This document shows, one piece after another, positions 1-14,700 of a DNA stretch of 64,000 nucleotides (positions within the stretch are counted from its first letter, which is position 1; every line of letters starts with the position of its first letter). This stretch comes from Tubulanus polymorphus (Eukaryota; Animalia; Nemertea). Both the position numbers and the translations under genes were made by a program. The notes under the pieces are model-generated. The model was not told where the DNA came from and made no database searches. It saw only the letters and a list, made by a program, of their open reading frames with translations. The stretch lies in assembly GCF_964204645.1 (NCBI RefSeq), contig NC_134028.1:5828001-5892000 (forward strand), given 5' to 3'.

Positions 1-706
1 GACCAGAATTTCTTATCACACCAGTTAGAATACTAGACTATGAAACTTACACCGGCCGAGGCAAGGATTTAATCCCAGGACCCCGGAGACGTCAAATCTT
101 TGGACAATATCGCGAGATAGGTCCTCTTAAAGTCGGATATTAAGATGCAACAGTTAATGTCGAAATTCGATAATCTGCAAATCGAACTTAGTACAAAGTG
201 GAAAACATTTTTTCACTCAAATTTATCTGTCAAATTCGAGACAAGCAAATTGATTTGTTTTTCTATAGAAATCGCTTTAACATATTTCAAAATTAAGTCT
301 TAACTCAATATCTATTGAATTGACAGGCAGCACTTTGAGGGTTTTCTTTATCTATTTGGCAAGTACGATTTTTTTCTGCTAGTCTAAAGAAGCGACCCGA
401 TGAAGCTTCTATAAACTAGTAGCGATAGATCGTATATATCAAATAAATGTAGACTACCTACAGAGTACTACCTGTTTAACGTCAATTCTTTTGGTTAATG
501 AATTTCGGTCAATTTATTCTGTTTAAAACGGCTTGCTTCTTCTTAATTTTACCTATAAATTTACCCATTCTAATCATTTCAAAATATCGTATAGCACTTA
601 ATTGAACGAATAATGTTTATTATTAAGCGCCAAGTAATCTAAACCCATTTTCCTGGCAATCACGGAACTTATTTGTTGAATTTTCAGTGATTCTATGAAA
701 TGTCAA
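1..706 (-). repeat. Left inverted copy of the ~947-bp repeat unit (part of the putative long TIR)
   Basis: gaccagaatttcttatcacacc... is the reverse complement of ...ggtgtgataagaaattctggtc at 42344 and 43291. Near identity continues to atgaaatgtcaa (706), with small deletions. Confidence 0.95.
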
Positions 707-1898
707 CAAGTGACTCCACAAGTTTCAGTCAACAAGTCCCCCCTGCGCACTAAGGCCAGCCTAGCTATCGTCTTCAAAAAATTATACCAATTACGAAGAT
801 ACAATATCTCAATCTGCTACCACCGACAGTGGTTGGCAGGAACAAATACTTCGGATCGGTTTGTTTTCCTATATGAATCTGAAAATGAATGAAATTGATC
901 AGAACTGAATTTGGTTTTTTTGTCGAATATAATTAACTTGATATTGAATTTGCTGATCTGCCACTTAATGGTTTAATTTAATTCATATGACTATTAATAC
1001 TTCATTAAAGTTTCTGAATCTCAAGCTGTACCAACTAAGAATGCGTTACATTGATTTCAACTGCTTAGTGAAATATGGCTTAATCGAGTCACGATGATAG
1101 TTCAAAAGATCGAGAGGTACATTTGAATTTTTCAATTGTTGATAACCATCAATTTAATTTTAACCATTAGAATATTGCAGTGGAACTTCTTCAATATACA
1201 GGAGGAAAAATGATGCTCATGTGCCCATAAACCCTTTGAGTAACTAGGTTACTATAGGGTATAGACATATTCATGTAAAATGTACCGCATTCTTTAAAAT
1301 AGTCATTTGAACGGTTCACAAAGTAAATTGATATCTTGTCTCCAGTCATTCTTATAGAATTGTGGTCTTGGAAATATATGGTTGGGACAAACTTTTCTGA
1401 ACATCTACCTCGGGGATTTTTTAAAACTTAGTGAGATTTTAAACTATGTAAATTTACATGTTCCAACCATAAATTACCAAAAGAGACTGGTAGATACGCA
1501 TATTGCATATTTCGAAATGAATTCACTTGTAAACTATTCTTTGAAGAATTAAATCGCCTCCATCAAACTTAAAATATTACATCTATATTTACATACTATC
1601 AATGATACTTTTAAATTTAGTGCTTAAAACGTATCCATTTACCCAATATTATTCAAATTAATATCTAAAAAATCGTTTTGTATTCATTGTTTTTAACATT
1701 CGAGTATCATTCTTGTAAATCGCTTAGAAACGCACATATAAGACGGTATAACAATCATTACCTGGAATTGAATAATAATGGTAATACCATTATTATTCAA
1801 TTTCATTTGAAAAGCGAACTCCATAGCCGCGCAATAGAGGGTAAAAAAGTCAGAGCAGATCCAGGTGGCTAGAGGCTAACTTCAGGCATTCAATGAAT

Positions 1899-4800
1899 TC
1901 ACACAGTTATCTGTAAAGAAAATATAAGATTAGACAATAGTCCTTTCATATTAAAGCAGCTTTTTGCTAAAGCAGCATCTCACTGAAACTTCAACAAAAA
2001 TAATTCAAAAATAGAAATAAAACATACCACTGGATTATCTGTTCCTGCAACTTGTTGAAGCAGGTTAGCAGGAGTTTCTGGCACTGCATCAATCAGATCC
2101 GACAACTGATATTTCTTAAAACGAGGCAGAAACCAGTATGCATCTGCCATTGAATGGTTCTCCAAAAATTTCTTGTCATGTTGTAGTCTTTTTATGGTGT
2201 CAATGTATCTTGTCCACCAGTTCACCGTATTATCGTCCAAAAAGTTTTTCCATTTGTTTAGATTAGTAAGATATTTGCTTGATAAAAAGTCATCATAACA
2301 TTGAATCAAAATTTCTGGCCGACCGACAGGTATTGAATTCAATAGTCCACCTCTCAATACACGCCATGTGCCCGAACTTGACTTTCTATAAAATAAACTG
2401 CAGCCATCCTCTGTTTTGCGGAAGCAAAAATTTCTTATCTTTGAATGCCCAGATATATTTCTAATATGGGGCTCAAGCCACGCCCTTATATCAAAAAGAC
2501 CATTCAAAAATTGACCACCGATTAATTTCTGCAGCATCGCGTCAAGGGTTAAAGCTTCCTCCTTTCGTAAAGTTCCTGCGATTACCGAAAACATTTGATC
2601 AACATCCTCGTGTGTGTGACCGACAGATAGAAATGATAGATTTGTCTGCAAAATAGAATCATGACAGTAGGGAGGTGAAGAAAGGCAAGGCAAAATTAAT
2701 TCCATATCAATCTTTTGAATCTGGAACGAGTGATATTCATTTATGAAATAGTCATGTCTTACCTCATGGCATATTCCAAGTCGTACAAAAAGTTCCAAAA
2801 AGGCTAATAGATAGCGATTTTTGTTTTCTCGACATGTATTATCCGCTTGAAGATAAAGAATTGGCGGTAAATGACCATTCTGAAAATAAACATACATAAC
2901 GCTTTATCAACACTTTTTTGAAACCTACTTATAGTAAATTAGCTAAAATAGGGGATATGTTGTTTGCTAAATTATAAATTAGGCATCCAGGGATCCTTTG
3001 AATATAGAACTAAAATGCTTGACAACTTCTGACCACATTTAATATTCAAATCCCGCTAGCTATGAAAAAGAGCTATGAAAAAGATATTGCTGACCTTGAA
3101 TCTCACCATGATGATATTTCATCAACCATAACTTTGTAACTCATTATCGTTACAAAATATGCATAGGTTCCATAATCAAATCATTAAATTTTTCAATGAT
3201 GGTCCTTCGTGAAACTTGCCTCAACAATGTCAAGGTACGTAGGACTAAAACATCAAAAGCGTACCATATACGTACAAGGGTAGGCAAGGAAGACACATCA
3301 AGATAATTGATTAAAGCCTATTAAGACCTTTCGTGGGAAACTTCAGAACAACAATGGCTGCTCGTTGGCCATCATGATACTGATCCGGCCAGTTTTTGGG
3401 CAGCAGATGTGTCTAGCCACATGTATAAACCAAATATCAGCAAAATCAATTGAAGCGTCATAGAACTTTTTCCAAAACAACTGGATTCTTTCAAAGGATG
3501 AACAGATTGAGAAAAAGCTTAAGACTCAATACTTACCACTGACTCCTTCCACAAAGTCTTCAATAACACATTCATTACCATGTTAGAATCATGCGGATAC
3601 TGTAAGACATCTAAGTAGCAATACCTGCGCTGCATAGCATGACATATGACACCAGTCACGTGTGTTTTTAACAACTCATTAGAGCTAAATTCCTGCAAAT
3701 AGTGTTAACCATTAAAAGAGTATGTATTTTCGTATGGAAAGATTATTGCTTTAATCAACATCGGCTTCAAACTAACCTTAGGAACTGAACCAGTTAAATG
3801 AGGAATGTACGTTTTCTTCTGATCCATGCCATCGATGATTAATGATGTATAGCGTTGTGGGTTAGCTTTAGCTCGATTCCTCCTTACCGTATATGCCTGT
3901 CTATCCATTCTAAATAAAATCCAATTGCATACTTTAATAATCAGCTGTGTTAGGAGATATGAATATCGATGTCAATCGGTTATATCACTGAATCCCAAAA
4001 AAATCTGTATGGAGCATCAATTACTAAAATTCAAGGGAAGTGTTTATGTATATCTTATGACAGTGCCTTGCAAAAGCCTACTTTCCTTCTTAACACACAG
4101 CCACCATAAGAATGGTTTTGGTCTTGAACTGTTGGCCAATTGTGGAAAAATATCTAGTTGCCAATAATCTTAGACATAACAGAAATGCATGCCCGTATTT
4201 AGGGGGTTCAGGGTTCGCTTATTCATGAAGTTCCACTCTGATGTCAGCCTGACAAAAACTGGAGCATGACTCATTTTTGTAAGTGCTCGCTCAAATAGGA
4301 GTCGAACTTAATTCGAGGCAGTTTTTTGGAGACAGAAGTATTGAAAGTTGCTCCTTGTTGTATCTATTGTTTTAATGATTTTCTGGGGTAGCTTTACATG
4401 CCTTGGGTGGCATATTTATCACATATGAGTTAAACTTTCCTTAAAATTCAACCCCCCCCCCCCCCAAAGACAGGGCTGGCAATGGGCCTGAAATGCATCA
4501 TTTTATAAGTACATACGTTATCTGGTCATAATGAGTTTGCCTCAAGCTTTTAATACGCTCTTTCATCGCTGGATCAGTTGTTGCTTGCATCTTACGATTT
4601 AGAATGACGCAAGTTGTGCATTTTGTGAAGGCATTTCCCTTGAAAATATATAGAATTCATCAACAATTACAAATTTCCAAATGAGTGAAATGAGTTGCAC
4701 TTCAATAAAAAAATTGTTTGGATATAAGTAACTTAAGTGATTTAAATAGAAAGTAAATATCTTCCTCGCATACCTTCCGGATTTTAACATTTGGGAAAGA

Positions 4801-5327
4801 TTCTTTCCATAACTGATAGAACGAAGTCCGCTTTAGGTATGGCAGGTTATGGTGATCTCTTTGTTTGCGGTAAAATTTCCAGACGTCAACCTTCCGAGTA
4901 GCGGATGGAAGCCATGCTTCAGCTTTGTGGGGTGCATGCTCAGCATTTTCGGTCAGGTATTTTTCTAACCAAGCCGATGCTTCGATGTTGACAGCTGTTT
5001 TAGAACGTGCACCCACCCTGACACGGCTTTTACCGGAGAGAACATTGCTCAGTGTCACAGCATGAATACCGTGAGCCATCAACCAAGCCTTCTGACACAC
5101 ACTCACACCTTTCACTGTATAGCTTTTTGTACTGCCCAATGAATCCTTTATAAACTGGTGACGTTCTCGCCACGATCTTGACCAAACGCTTCGGCGAATT
5201 TGCAAAATATCTTCTCTCAAAAGGAAGCTGTTGCAATGGTTCTTTTTACAGCACGGCATTAAAGCACGTGCTATTTGCCTTGCTGCTATTTTTTTCAGCA
5301 GAACGTTTGGTTTGGGATTTGATGAAC
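1899..5327 (-). CDS. DDD transposase, DUF7869 / Sola-like (3' seven exons; 5' exons extend further upstream)
   Basis: Exons 5327-4774, 4638-4517, 3909-3777, 3692-3537, 2879-2763, 2645-2028 and 1910-1899 are all GT-AG and in frame. Motifs: CQKAW, FYQLWKESFP, KCTTC...H, LIIDGMDQ, LYLQADNTCRENKN, VGHTHEDVDQMFS (three candidate catalytic Asp). Confidence 0.85.
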
Positions 5328-5773
5328 CTACAAATGATTGCAATACATGTATCAGATTTAGTATTCATTGGGGTAACAAACTTAAACATCATTAAACTCA
5401 TTGCATCTCCTCCTGCAATCAAGTGTATGATTAGTGGAACGAAGTGTGTGCACTAAGCAATAGCTATATCCCCTTCTACTACTTACTTTAGCCTATCCCT
5501 TGACTGAAATGCTCCAGGGCACCAGATTGTATTTTTACAAGGAGCAGACTTGTAGGACCGTGTACCCCTCCCAACTTTCGCTATTAAACTACCAGTCCTC
5601 TCATTCTGGTAAGTATAATTTCATTTTTTGAACCCATAAGTAGGTGCCTGTTTGAATAGTATTATAGGGGTCAGGCCATAAATGTGATCCCCTTCCACTA
5701 TGATCCCTTTCAATTTATGATAGTAACTTCTTTCTGAATCTTTCTTTATCATGATACCTCCTCCAATACCATA

Positions 5774-8700
5774 CCTTTTTTAATACATTTTCTAGGCTCC
5801 ACTGGTTTGATAACGCAATCCATAGCAACAGGGGATTCAAGCACTTCATTTCCATCAACTGTAAGGCAAAAGATTTTCACAAAATACATTTTTGATATCA
5901 TTTAATAACTAGGGGTCCTGGGAAAACATGGCCACTTGGGAGTTGGCTTGAAATGCTAAAAAATTAATTAAAATTATTCTTCAAAATTTCCCCTCAAAAA
6001 CTTCAAATACATGTATAAACCAAATATGAAGACAATCCATAGAGATGCGAACAGCAGACGAAATAGCCTGCCTAGGACTGGGCTAAGTGGGCTAAAAACT
6101 GGTTTTAACGTGGCGTTAAAACAAAAGACTGGTTTTCATACTTTTTATGAGTGTTATATTTTTTTCTTAATGTGGCCCGAATCAGCCACCATATGATGGG
6201 CTCTGAGGGATACAAATATATATGACAGATCAAGATAAATCATTGAGGGGTCTTCAAAATTTCCTCGATTAACCCTCGATTACAAGATAATTTGCTTTAA
6301 TTCGACGAGAAAATGAAAAATGGCCCTTTCCACAAATAAAAACTATCCATAAAATCAATGGTAGTTTTTTATTTTGAAAATCCCTACGAAATAGTAGAGT
6401 ATTTACAGAAGTATAGCTATTTTAGAAGTAGAATTTCCGTTTCCCTTACAAAATTCAGTGTAGGGATAGGGACCTGTGTTCTGGCAAAATTTAAGTTTTA
6501 GGTTATGAAGCCTTAAATAAATGCATCTTCTTATTCAGCTTGTGGAGAGGTTATCAGGGCGGGGATTAAACTCAAAGGACTAATGTTTTTTAAACTTAAG
6601 TCATTTTTAATGTGCGGAACTAAATAGTAAATATTGGTCCGGCCAATAAGGCCCCAAATGCCCCGGTTCCGCTGCCCATGGCTGGGTAGGACATATGTTC
6701 AAAGTGGGCTAAAAATTGATCTATAAAGGAATTCCCTGAAAATTTAATTCTATTAAGCCTATTTACCTTTGATGACACTAGTTATAGCGTTCAGGGTTGT
6801 ACTCAAATCAAACTCGTTCGATTCTGAAAAAACACATGTGTTAAATGAATGATTTTGCTTTAGATGTCCATATGTTTCGTTGATTTTACAAATGCTTATT
6901 TCTTTTCGGGTAAACCTACGTTCATTTAGATCTATATCTTCATCATACAAGGAACGATTGTGTGAATTTTCTTCAACTAGCAGTGATCCCATATCTTCTA
7001 AAAATGATTTTATAACACAACATTTGCAATTTTCCTCATTACTGCAATGAACTGCAACTCATATTTAAATTTCAATTAGAACTCATTAAAAAATGAAAAT
7101 TGTTTTTTATCAACATTGATCATTTGGGCCAAAAAACTAGATACCTTGTTTTTTATTACTATTTCTATTATCTTTAAGAAAAAATAAGTTTGTTATAAGA
7201 CAATCACAAGCTTGCTCTCAGAAAACATGAAATACTTATTGAATATAAAACATTAAGGTAAAGGCTGACTTATGTCGACAAGCAACGCGACACCTATCGA
7301 CTCGACTGAGAGCACCAGCAATCGCAGCCCAGCTTATGTCGACTGCGCTCCGATTCGCAGCAACTGATGGCTCAGATGGTCACGCGATAAACATTTAAAG
7401 AATAAATTTATATTATTTTGAATTATAGGGAAATATGTTTCTAGTTGAAAAGCTATTTCTTTAAGATCTTATCTTTCTGATTTTGTTTTGAATACAATGT
7501 GCTAGCGACATCATATAAAGATGGCCGCCCACACGGTAATTCTACCAATTTCATTTCTAGATCGCCGGTCCAGTCATCTGCCGTGCTGAAGGTTTGGTTT
7601 GCCTTTGAAATTACTTAAAGGGCAAATGCTGTCAAAATTGATCTTTCAGTGATTTCTTAACCAGAAGAAACTTAAGTATAATGACCCGAGACCTGACTTA
7701 TCGAAAAAGGTTGCTCGAATTAGCCGTAAATTAGTCATTTATCCTTCACTCCGTGCGTATATTTCACATACAATACAACGCTAACTAGCAGTCAAAATTT
7801 GCACTGTACATATTCGGTCTCTGATTGGCTGGAATTCATGCGCTCAGTTCCATCGCGTCGTAAATGAGCTTATGTCGGTTGCGATCGAAAGCAACTGCCC
7901 GCCTGCCATAGGCCGGAGTAGAACATGAGCAACTAGCCGGATACGGTTTGCAACGAGTCTGTAGGCGTCGGGTTGCCGTCGCAAGCCGATTTATGTCGAA
8001 CCGATAGAGCAGCAACTGGCGGCCTCTCGTAGGCCGCTATTCGGCGATAAACCCAGTTGCATCGGTAGGCATTGAGTGGCTTGTCGACACCAGCCATTCA
8101 TGCAGTTCAGATTTTATCTATACTATTGAATTTTCAGGTCACTCTACAATCCTGGGCAATTTCGTTATCATTTAGCCTATAATTGTTTACATAAAAATTG
8201 AGACATGGGTAGTGATGAGAAACAAGGTATCTTTTTAGCCCTAATTAATTAACTTAAAGGGTTCATAAGATCCTATAAATTACACTTCAGTTTATCGTAC
8301 CCCTACCTTCAAAGAGACCGACACCTATTTCACCTCCTTGCTGTGAAACGTTTTCAATTATTAGTGACTCCAATCCATCTGAAATTTATATTTGCAAGAT
8401 TGTGATAAACAATTTTCATTCTGACTTTTCAGATATATTTCTATATTATCTTCATTTGATACTGTTTCTTGTGACAAACTTTTTGATATCAAGCCATGCA
8501 ATGAGATTCCACTCCGCTCTAGATCATCAAAACCAGTTTTAACCAGGTTCACATATTCTCTGAGGGGTAATCAGATGTCACCTATGATCCGAGGTCACTG
8601 TTCTATGCAATCATTTATGAGAATTGGATAGTCGACCTCTCTCACGTCAAAATACATGATGTACTTATTTTCACAGTAACAGAATATAAATTAACTTTCA

Positions 8701-11700
8701 TGATGCGGTCGCTTGGCTAAGGGATGATAAACTGGGGTCCGTGGACTTATGTTCACTTGGTGAAATGCTTGACAATCTGACAAATATAATATCCAATGCT
8801 GTGATGACTGACCAATTGTGTATGAAAATTGACTGATAAAACACCTGTGTGACAAAACAAAGTCCTATCCGAAGTATACCATCATGAAGTCCATCATGAA
8901 TTTCAAATGACACACACCATGAATAAGCTACAGGGCATGGAAAATGTCTAAGTAGCGTCCAATTGACCTTGTCGAAAAGTGGCGTGAAAGACTTTACCTT
9001 TATGATACCACAAGCAAGGCATACGCAAACAGAACCACTAAACGCGCTGCCCTCCAGTCACATGGCGCCGCCTTGCTTTTCCCTTGGTATTCAATTAAAT
9101 TCAAATTTATTTAGATAGCGCGTGAGTTGCCTTCGATGTGCGCACTGTGGATCTCAACGATCGGCAAGTCCCATGCAGTTGCTGCAACTAACTGGTTGTA
9201 ACTAGAATTTTGATTTGTGCGGGGCAATCACTTGTTAGTGGTCTCCAGTCGCTTTGTCAATGTACGCTAGGCTTAATTTACCAGGTTCATGTATTGATCT
9301 CAATGTAATCGTGTTGGTTCAGCAGCGACCACTAATCAGATCGTTAAAGAGTTCTTAGAATAGCCAGAAAAAGAGTTATGGTCAGCGATTTAAATTTTTT
9401 ACCCTGCTGTTTTGTTGCACAATTATTCATTGTTGTAAGATTTCCACATGAGATTTACTTTGGACATGTCCGCGAATAGCTGCAACTAACAATATGTAAA
9501 AAGTACTTCTCGGTGAACAGCAATGGCTGCCAGCCAGCTAACTAGAATCTGATGTGTCTAGGGGTAGATACACGTATAGCCAAAATATCAAGGCAAAACA
9601 TTGAACAGTCTTCGTGAAAAATGAACACAATTGCTTATTGGGACTAGGCTAAAGTCCTAAGTGGGCAAAAAATGAATTAAATAAATAAGAACTTACCAGT
9701 TCTCTCCTGTGGGGTTACAGATAATTCTAAGTCCTGATCGGCGTTGATGAGTGAGACATCTATGTTCTCCGAAATCACACTGCCTTCTGCAACTACAATG
9801 CATAAAACCCCTTATTTTAAAGCATATATATGGAAATAAAAACAAACATTTATCATTCGTTTCCACTGCCACATCATCTTTTGACATCACACACGCGCGC
9901 GCTCGCGCGCGCGCACCCACGCACGCACGCACACACACACACACAATGGATGGATACATTTTCTCGGGTTAGTTCAGTGAATAGCAACAGTTATTTGTGT
10001 GTGGGCAATAAAAATATGTGTGTAATAAAACGCTTACCAGTACTCTCCTGAGGGGCTACAGATAATTCTAAGTCTTGATCAGCGTTGATGAGTGATACAA
10101 TTGAGACGTCTATGTTCTCCGATATCACACTGCCTTCTGCAACTACAATGCATAAAAATCATTTTCATGTTATCCCTGTTAATAAGATAAAGGTTATTCA
10201 TGCAATTGGTCATGATACATACCTTTAAGTAGGGGTGAGCTTCTTTTCTTATTCGGAGTGCTTGAAAACACATTCATTGAAGTCACATCAACTGAAAATA
10301 AAATAAATGGGGTCCATATTTTTAAGTAATTTCTTTATGTATTAGCATATAACTTGATATTGGTTGCCCCCTAGCTAAAGGATAATAAAATAAAGTTATA
10401 AAGTTATCCCGATTAGATAAAAACATTACAAAATTTTCCTCAAAATATCCTTGTTCCTACGTAATGAGGTCAAAATGGTAGCCTAGCTGATTACGTAATA
10501 ACACACTGCTCCTACAACCCATCAGATATAAGGTTCTTCCCTATCATTCATACCTCACATTTCACTATTATATGCAAACCATTAAAGATCAAGTGTAGCC
10601 TATTCATCAACATTCTTATTATGATCTCATTCCATAGATATACCAGGAGAAAAAAGTTATTTTTTCGATAAATACTGAACTTCAATAAATATATGGATTT
10701 GAGAAATGAATAACAGGTACGCAAATTTTCTGAACGCGCACTGACTACTCGCGCACTGACTACTCGCTATGCATATGAAGTCGAGGGGGCTACAGTGAAT
10801 ACAACACAACGTGCGCTGTACACACATTGTCAGTATAAGTCTTATCAGTCTTTTTATATTTCAGTAATCCATCACTCATTACAGCTAAAATTTCTCCAGA
10901 ATGATAATTATGAATTTATGTAACATAATCTATTGTTAAACACAAAAGCTATCTTGGGCTACACTTGATCTTTAAGAATCTGTAAGCCTAAGAATTCTAA
11001 CCACAAAAACACTTTTTTGGATAATGCCATCGCATAGGTAAGAGTTTCTGATACCGCTAAATTTCATTGCAATACTGGGCTCTTATGTAAGTAGAACATA
11101 TACACACTTAATATCAAATAAATTCATTGGGTTTTAACATGCTGATTTTGCGAAGAGGGGTTTAGTATGATCGTGCCAGATTTGGGCTGCAGATGTGACT
11201 ACATAAGCTACAAGTAGGCTTATAACCAATTCCAAAAAATCCATCTTAGTGTCATCAAAACATCCCAAATTAAGTGGATTCCATGTACAGATGGACTACG
11301 GCAAAAAAGTAGATCCCCAAGTTGACTCGGGGTTCTCTGACATAGAAATCCAGAAAACTTTAAAAAAAATGCTTACCAGTACTCTCCTGAGCAGCTACAG
11401 ATAATTCTAAGTCTTGATCAGCGTTGATGAGTGATACAATTGAGACGTCTATGTTCTCCGATATCACACTGCCTTCTGCAACTACAATGCATAAAAATCA
11501 TTTTCATGTAATCCCTATAAATAACTCAAGGCCGTTTTTCATTATTAGTTGGGATTACGGATCCGCCGCAAAAATTTTCCGATTCTAGATGTAAACAGAA
11601 ATCTTATTCTTATCCCCCCCCCCTTATACTTAAGCATATACTATACGGATATAAAAACAAATAGGCCTATTTATAACTAGTAAAAATACCCATCTTCGAT

Positions 11701-14700
11701 GGGTTGGAAGATTATGTGCGGCTTCTTAAATGTCAGCCTAATAAATCCCGATTGACCTTTCCAATTAAATTCAAGCGATTTTTCCTCCCTCCCCTGAAAT
11801 AATCCCCATTCTCAACATGCCCCTCAAGCAACATTTCCTCCCAGAAGCCTGGAGAATGTCTACCCCTTTATTCCTGGATCCTTACTATGCCTTACAATAA
11901 ATATTTATTTAGAAATTTATTGTTCACCCCGTACTGAGAGTGGCTGGTTTGCAGCGGATACAAATGGTTCAGTGAAATTCGGGTCAAATTGAGTAAAACA
12001 CCCCCACACAACACTGCAGTAACAGATAACACAGCACATGCGCATGTACACGCAATCTACTTCCAACTTCTGGAATCTACTGGGATTTTGGGGTCAAATT
12101 GAGTAAAACACCCCCACACAACACTGCAGTAACAGATAACACAGCACATGCGCATGTACACGCAATCTACTTCCAACTTCTGGAATCTACTGGGATTTTG
12201 GGGATTTAAATGCAGGTGAAATTAGACCCTGGATCCAAAAAAGTTGTTATCTTTACCATAAGAAACCATCCCTCTATGCACATGCCAAGTTTCATTGCCG
12301 AACAACGAAGAGATTTCGCGCAAACTGGTAACGAAAAATGACAGTCCCCTTTATAGTATAGATTATTTTCCACTGCCACATCATCTTTTGACATCACACA
12401 CACACAATGGATGGATAAATTTTCTCGGTTCGTTCAGTGAATAGCATCACTTGCAAAATGATTACGTCAGTTATTTGTGTGTGGGCAATAAAACCTTGTG
12501 TAATAAAATGCTTACCAGTACTCTCCTGTGAGGCTACAGATAATTCTAAGTCCTGATCGGCGTTGATGAGTGAGACATCTATGTTCTCCGAAATCACACT
12601 GCCTTCTTCAACTACAATGCATAAAACGCCTTATTTTAAAGCACATGAAAATAAAAACAAACATTTATCATTCTTTTCCACTGCCACATCATCCTTTGAC
12701 ATCACACACATAATGGATGGATACATTTTCTCTGGTTCGTTCAGTGAATAGCATCACTTGTACAAATGGCGACGTCAGTTATGTGTGTGTGGGCAATAAA
12801 TAGGCAATATTCGGGTATTATTATCTCAAAACGACCTCCATGATAGTTTTATTATTTTTCAAATCCCGCTCCCTGATCACTTATTTAGTAATGAATTCAA
12901 TGCTTTGAGAGAAAAAGAATGTTTGCTTTTTAATTCTTTTCTTGCCTCTGCAATTCTTTCAAGTGCATCAAATCCGTGATCCAACTTATAAAAAACACCC
13001 CATTGGAGTCACATCAACAACTGAAGAGAAGTTGAGAAGTTCTTGATTTCTCAAATTTTGGCCCCAAAAAAATAAACTTAGGTGTCAAAATATTTGTTCA
13101 CCACACACAACCATAATTCACACAATTCCTTCTGAGCACAAATGCAGCAGTTTCTTTACCCAGAGATGAATAAACAAGAAACTTCAGTCACAAGCAATCC
13201 CAAAAGGAAATTGCCAAAAAGATAAAAATGACATCAGTTGTCAAGCATTCATGCATATCATGGAGATCCTAAACCGCCTGATACCAGAAATTTCTTTTTT
13301 TAAATTCCATCTTATATAGCCCAATGAACTATCTCAGAGTACGAAAATGTACACTCAAATTTAATTTATAATGCATGTTGATTAACTAGTTTTCTCGAGA
13401 GAAATAAAGCATCTATTTCTCTCAACTTCAGATTCAAGTTGTGTTGAGGAAAATCTAGCAATATTTATTGTTCAAAGACATGACTCAACTTCAAAATAGC
13501 TTGGCATCCTCGTTTCCAGTTGCTCAATTAGGCCTACTCAATGAAAAATTGTGTAGGCCTTGTGAACCTAGCACAACATTTGGTGCCAAAAAATCTTACC
13601 TACCTATCAGACTTATGCTAGTGTCAGTACAATCAGTTGATTCACCACCTGAAAGTACATATCGAAGGGAACTCATTATGAATTCTAATTTTCTAAAAGG
13701 GATAAAAATGTTTTAGATATGACCAGAGAAAACCGGTGTACACCCCACTTTGCTATCAATTGCTATAAAAAAAATTAATAATTAGGGATAAAATTTGGTA
13801 AATTACTGATATTCTAGGCAGATTCTAAATAATATGATTTATGGCAGGAATCTGAACAAAAAGTTCAATTAGAATAAAGATAGAGTTTGGCGTGTCTGTT
13901 GCTGTTAACTTAAAAAGGGGTCGTCTCATTGCTCCGAAAGACCCATTACTCCGAAAATCCATTAGATAAAATGTAGTTAAAGCTGGTCCCATTACTCTGA
14001 AGTCGCAATACTCCGAGGTCCCAATACTCCAAACAATTTATTTGTGAGGATCAATAAAGCAGGACTGAACTTAAGATTTCATTAGGAAAGCTAGGCCTGA
14101 TAGCACAAATTATGAAAAATGTTTAATTCAAGGCGCCGAAATAACATCCTTGAAAACGTTCTATTGATTTTTACAATAACATAATGCCGGGGTAGATAGT
14201 GATATAGGGTACGGCGACTTTACGATCAATTCCCCGTTTTTGAAATTCCGTGGCCAGGCGAGTTGTTTCAAAGCGAGTTGTTTAAAAGGCAACCAAAAGG
14301 CTCCCAATCTGAACCCTTCAAATAATGTTCATCAATGTCGTGATTGTGTCTCTTTTACCCCTTTCAATATAGGCCTAGTTACAAATGGATTAAAAATTAA
14401 TATATAGGTCAACTGCCAGTGCTTTCAGGTTTCAATGCAGACTTTTTAGCAATCCTTCAATGGGGCCTACAGTGAAGAATTTATTAGAAATTAATGTTTT
14501 AGGTCAACTGCCAGTCCTCTCTGGCCCTAAAAAGACTTATATCAGGTATGTACCTCCAAAACTGACTGAGGTAGCCCACCTGGTATGCTCTCAAGTCAGG
14601 GCGAAATAGACATTAGACATTGTACTATCTGCATGAGGCCAAGGCCTAATTACCAATTAGGCCTTATTTGGCCTAATTACCAAATCACAAAATTTTTGAT

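Noticed and set aside
1980-2897. The 305-aa ORF as a complete single-exon gene
   Set aside because: It contains an in-frame 117-bp intron (2762-2646) and is bounded by splice sites; it is part of the multi-exon transposase.
8361-8913. Short minus-strand ORFs as additional cargo
   Set aside because: I could not link them by splice sites or assign any domain.
9888-9944. ORFs with ARARAR/HTHT repeats
   Set aside because: They are translations of a (CA)/(CG) microsatellite in an intron.
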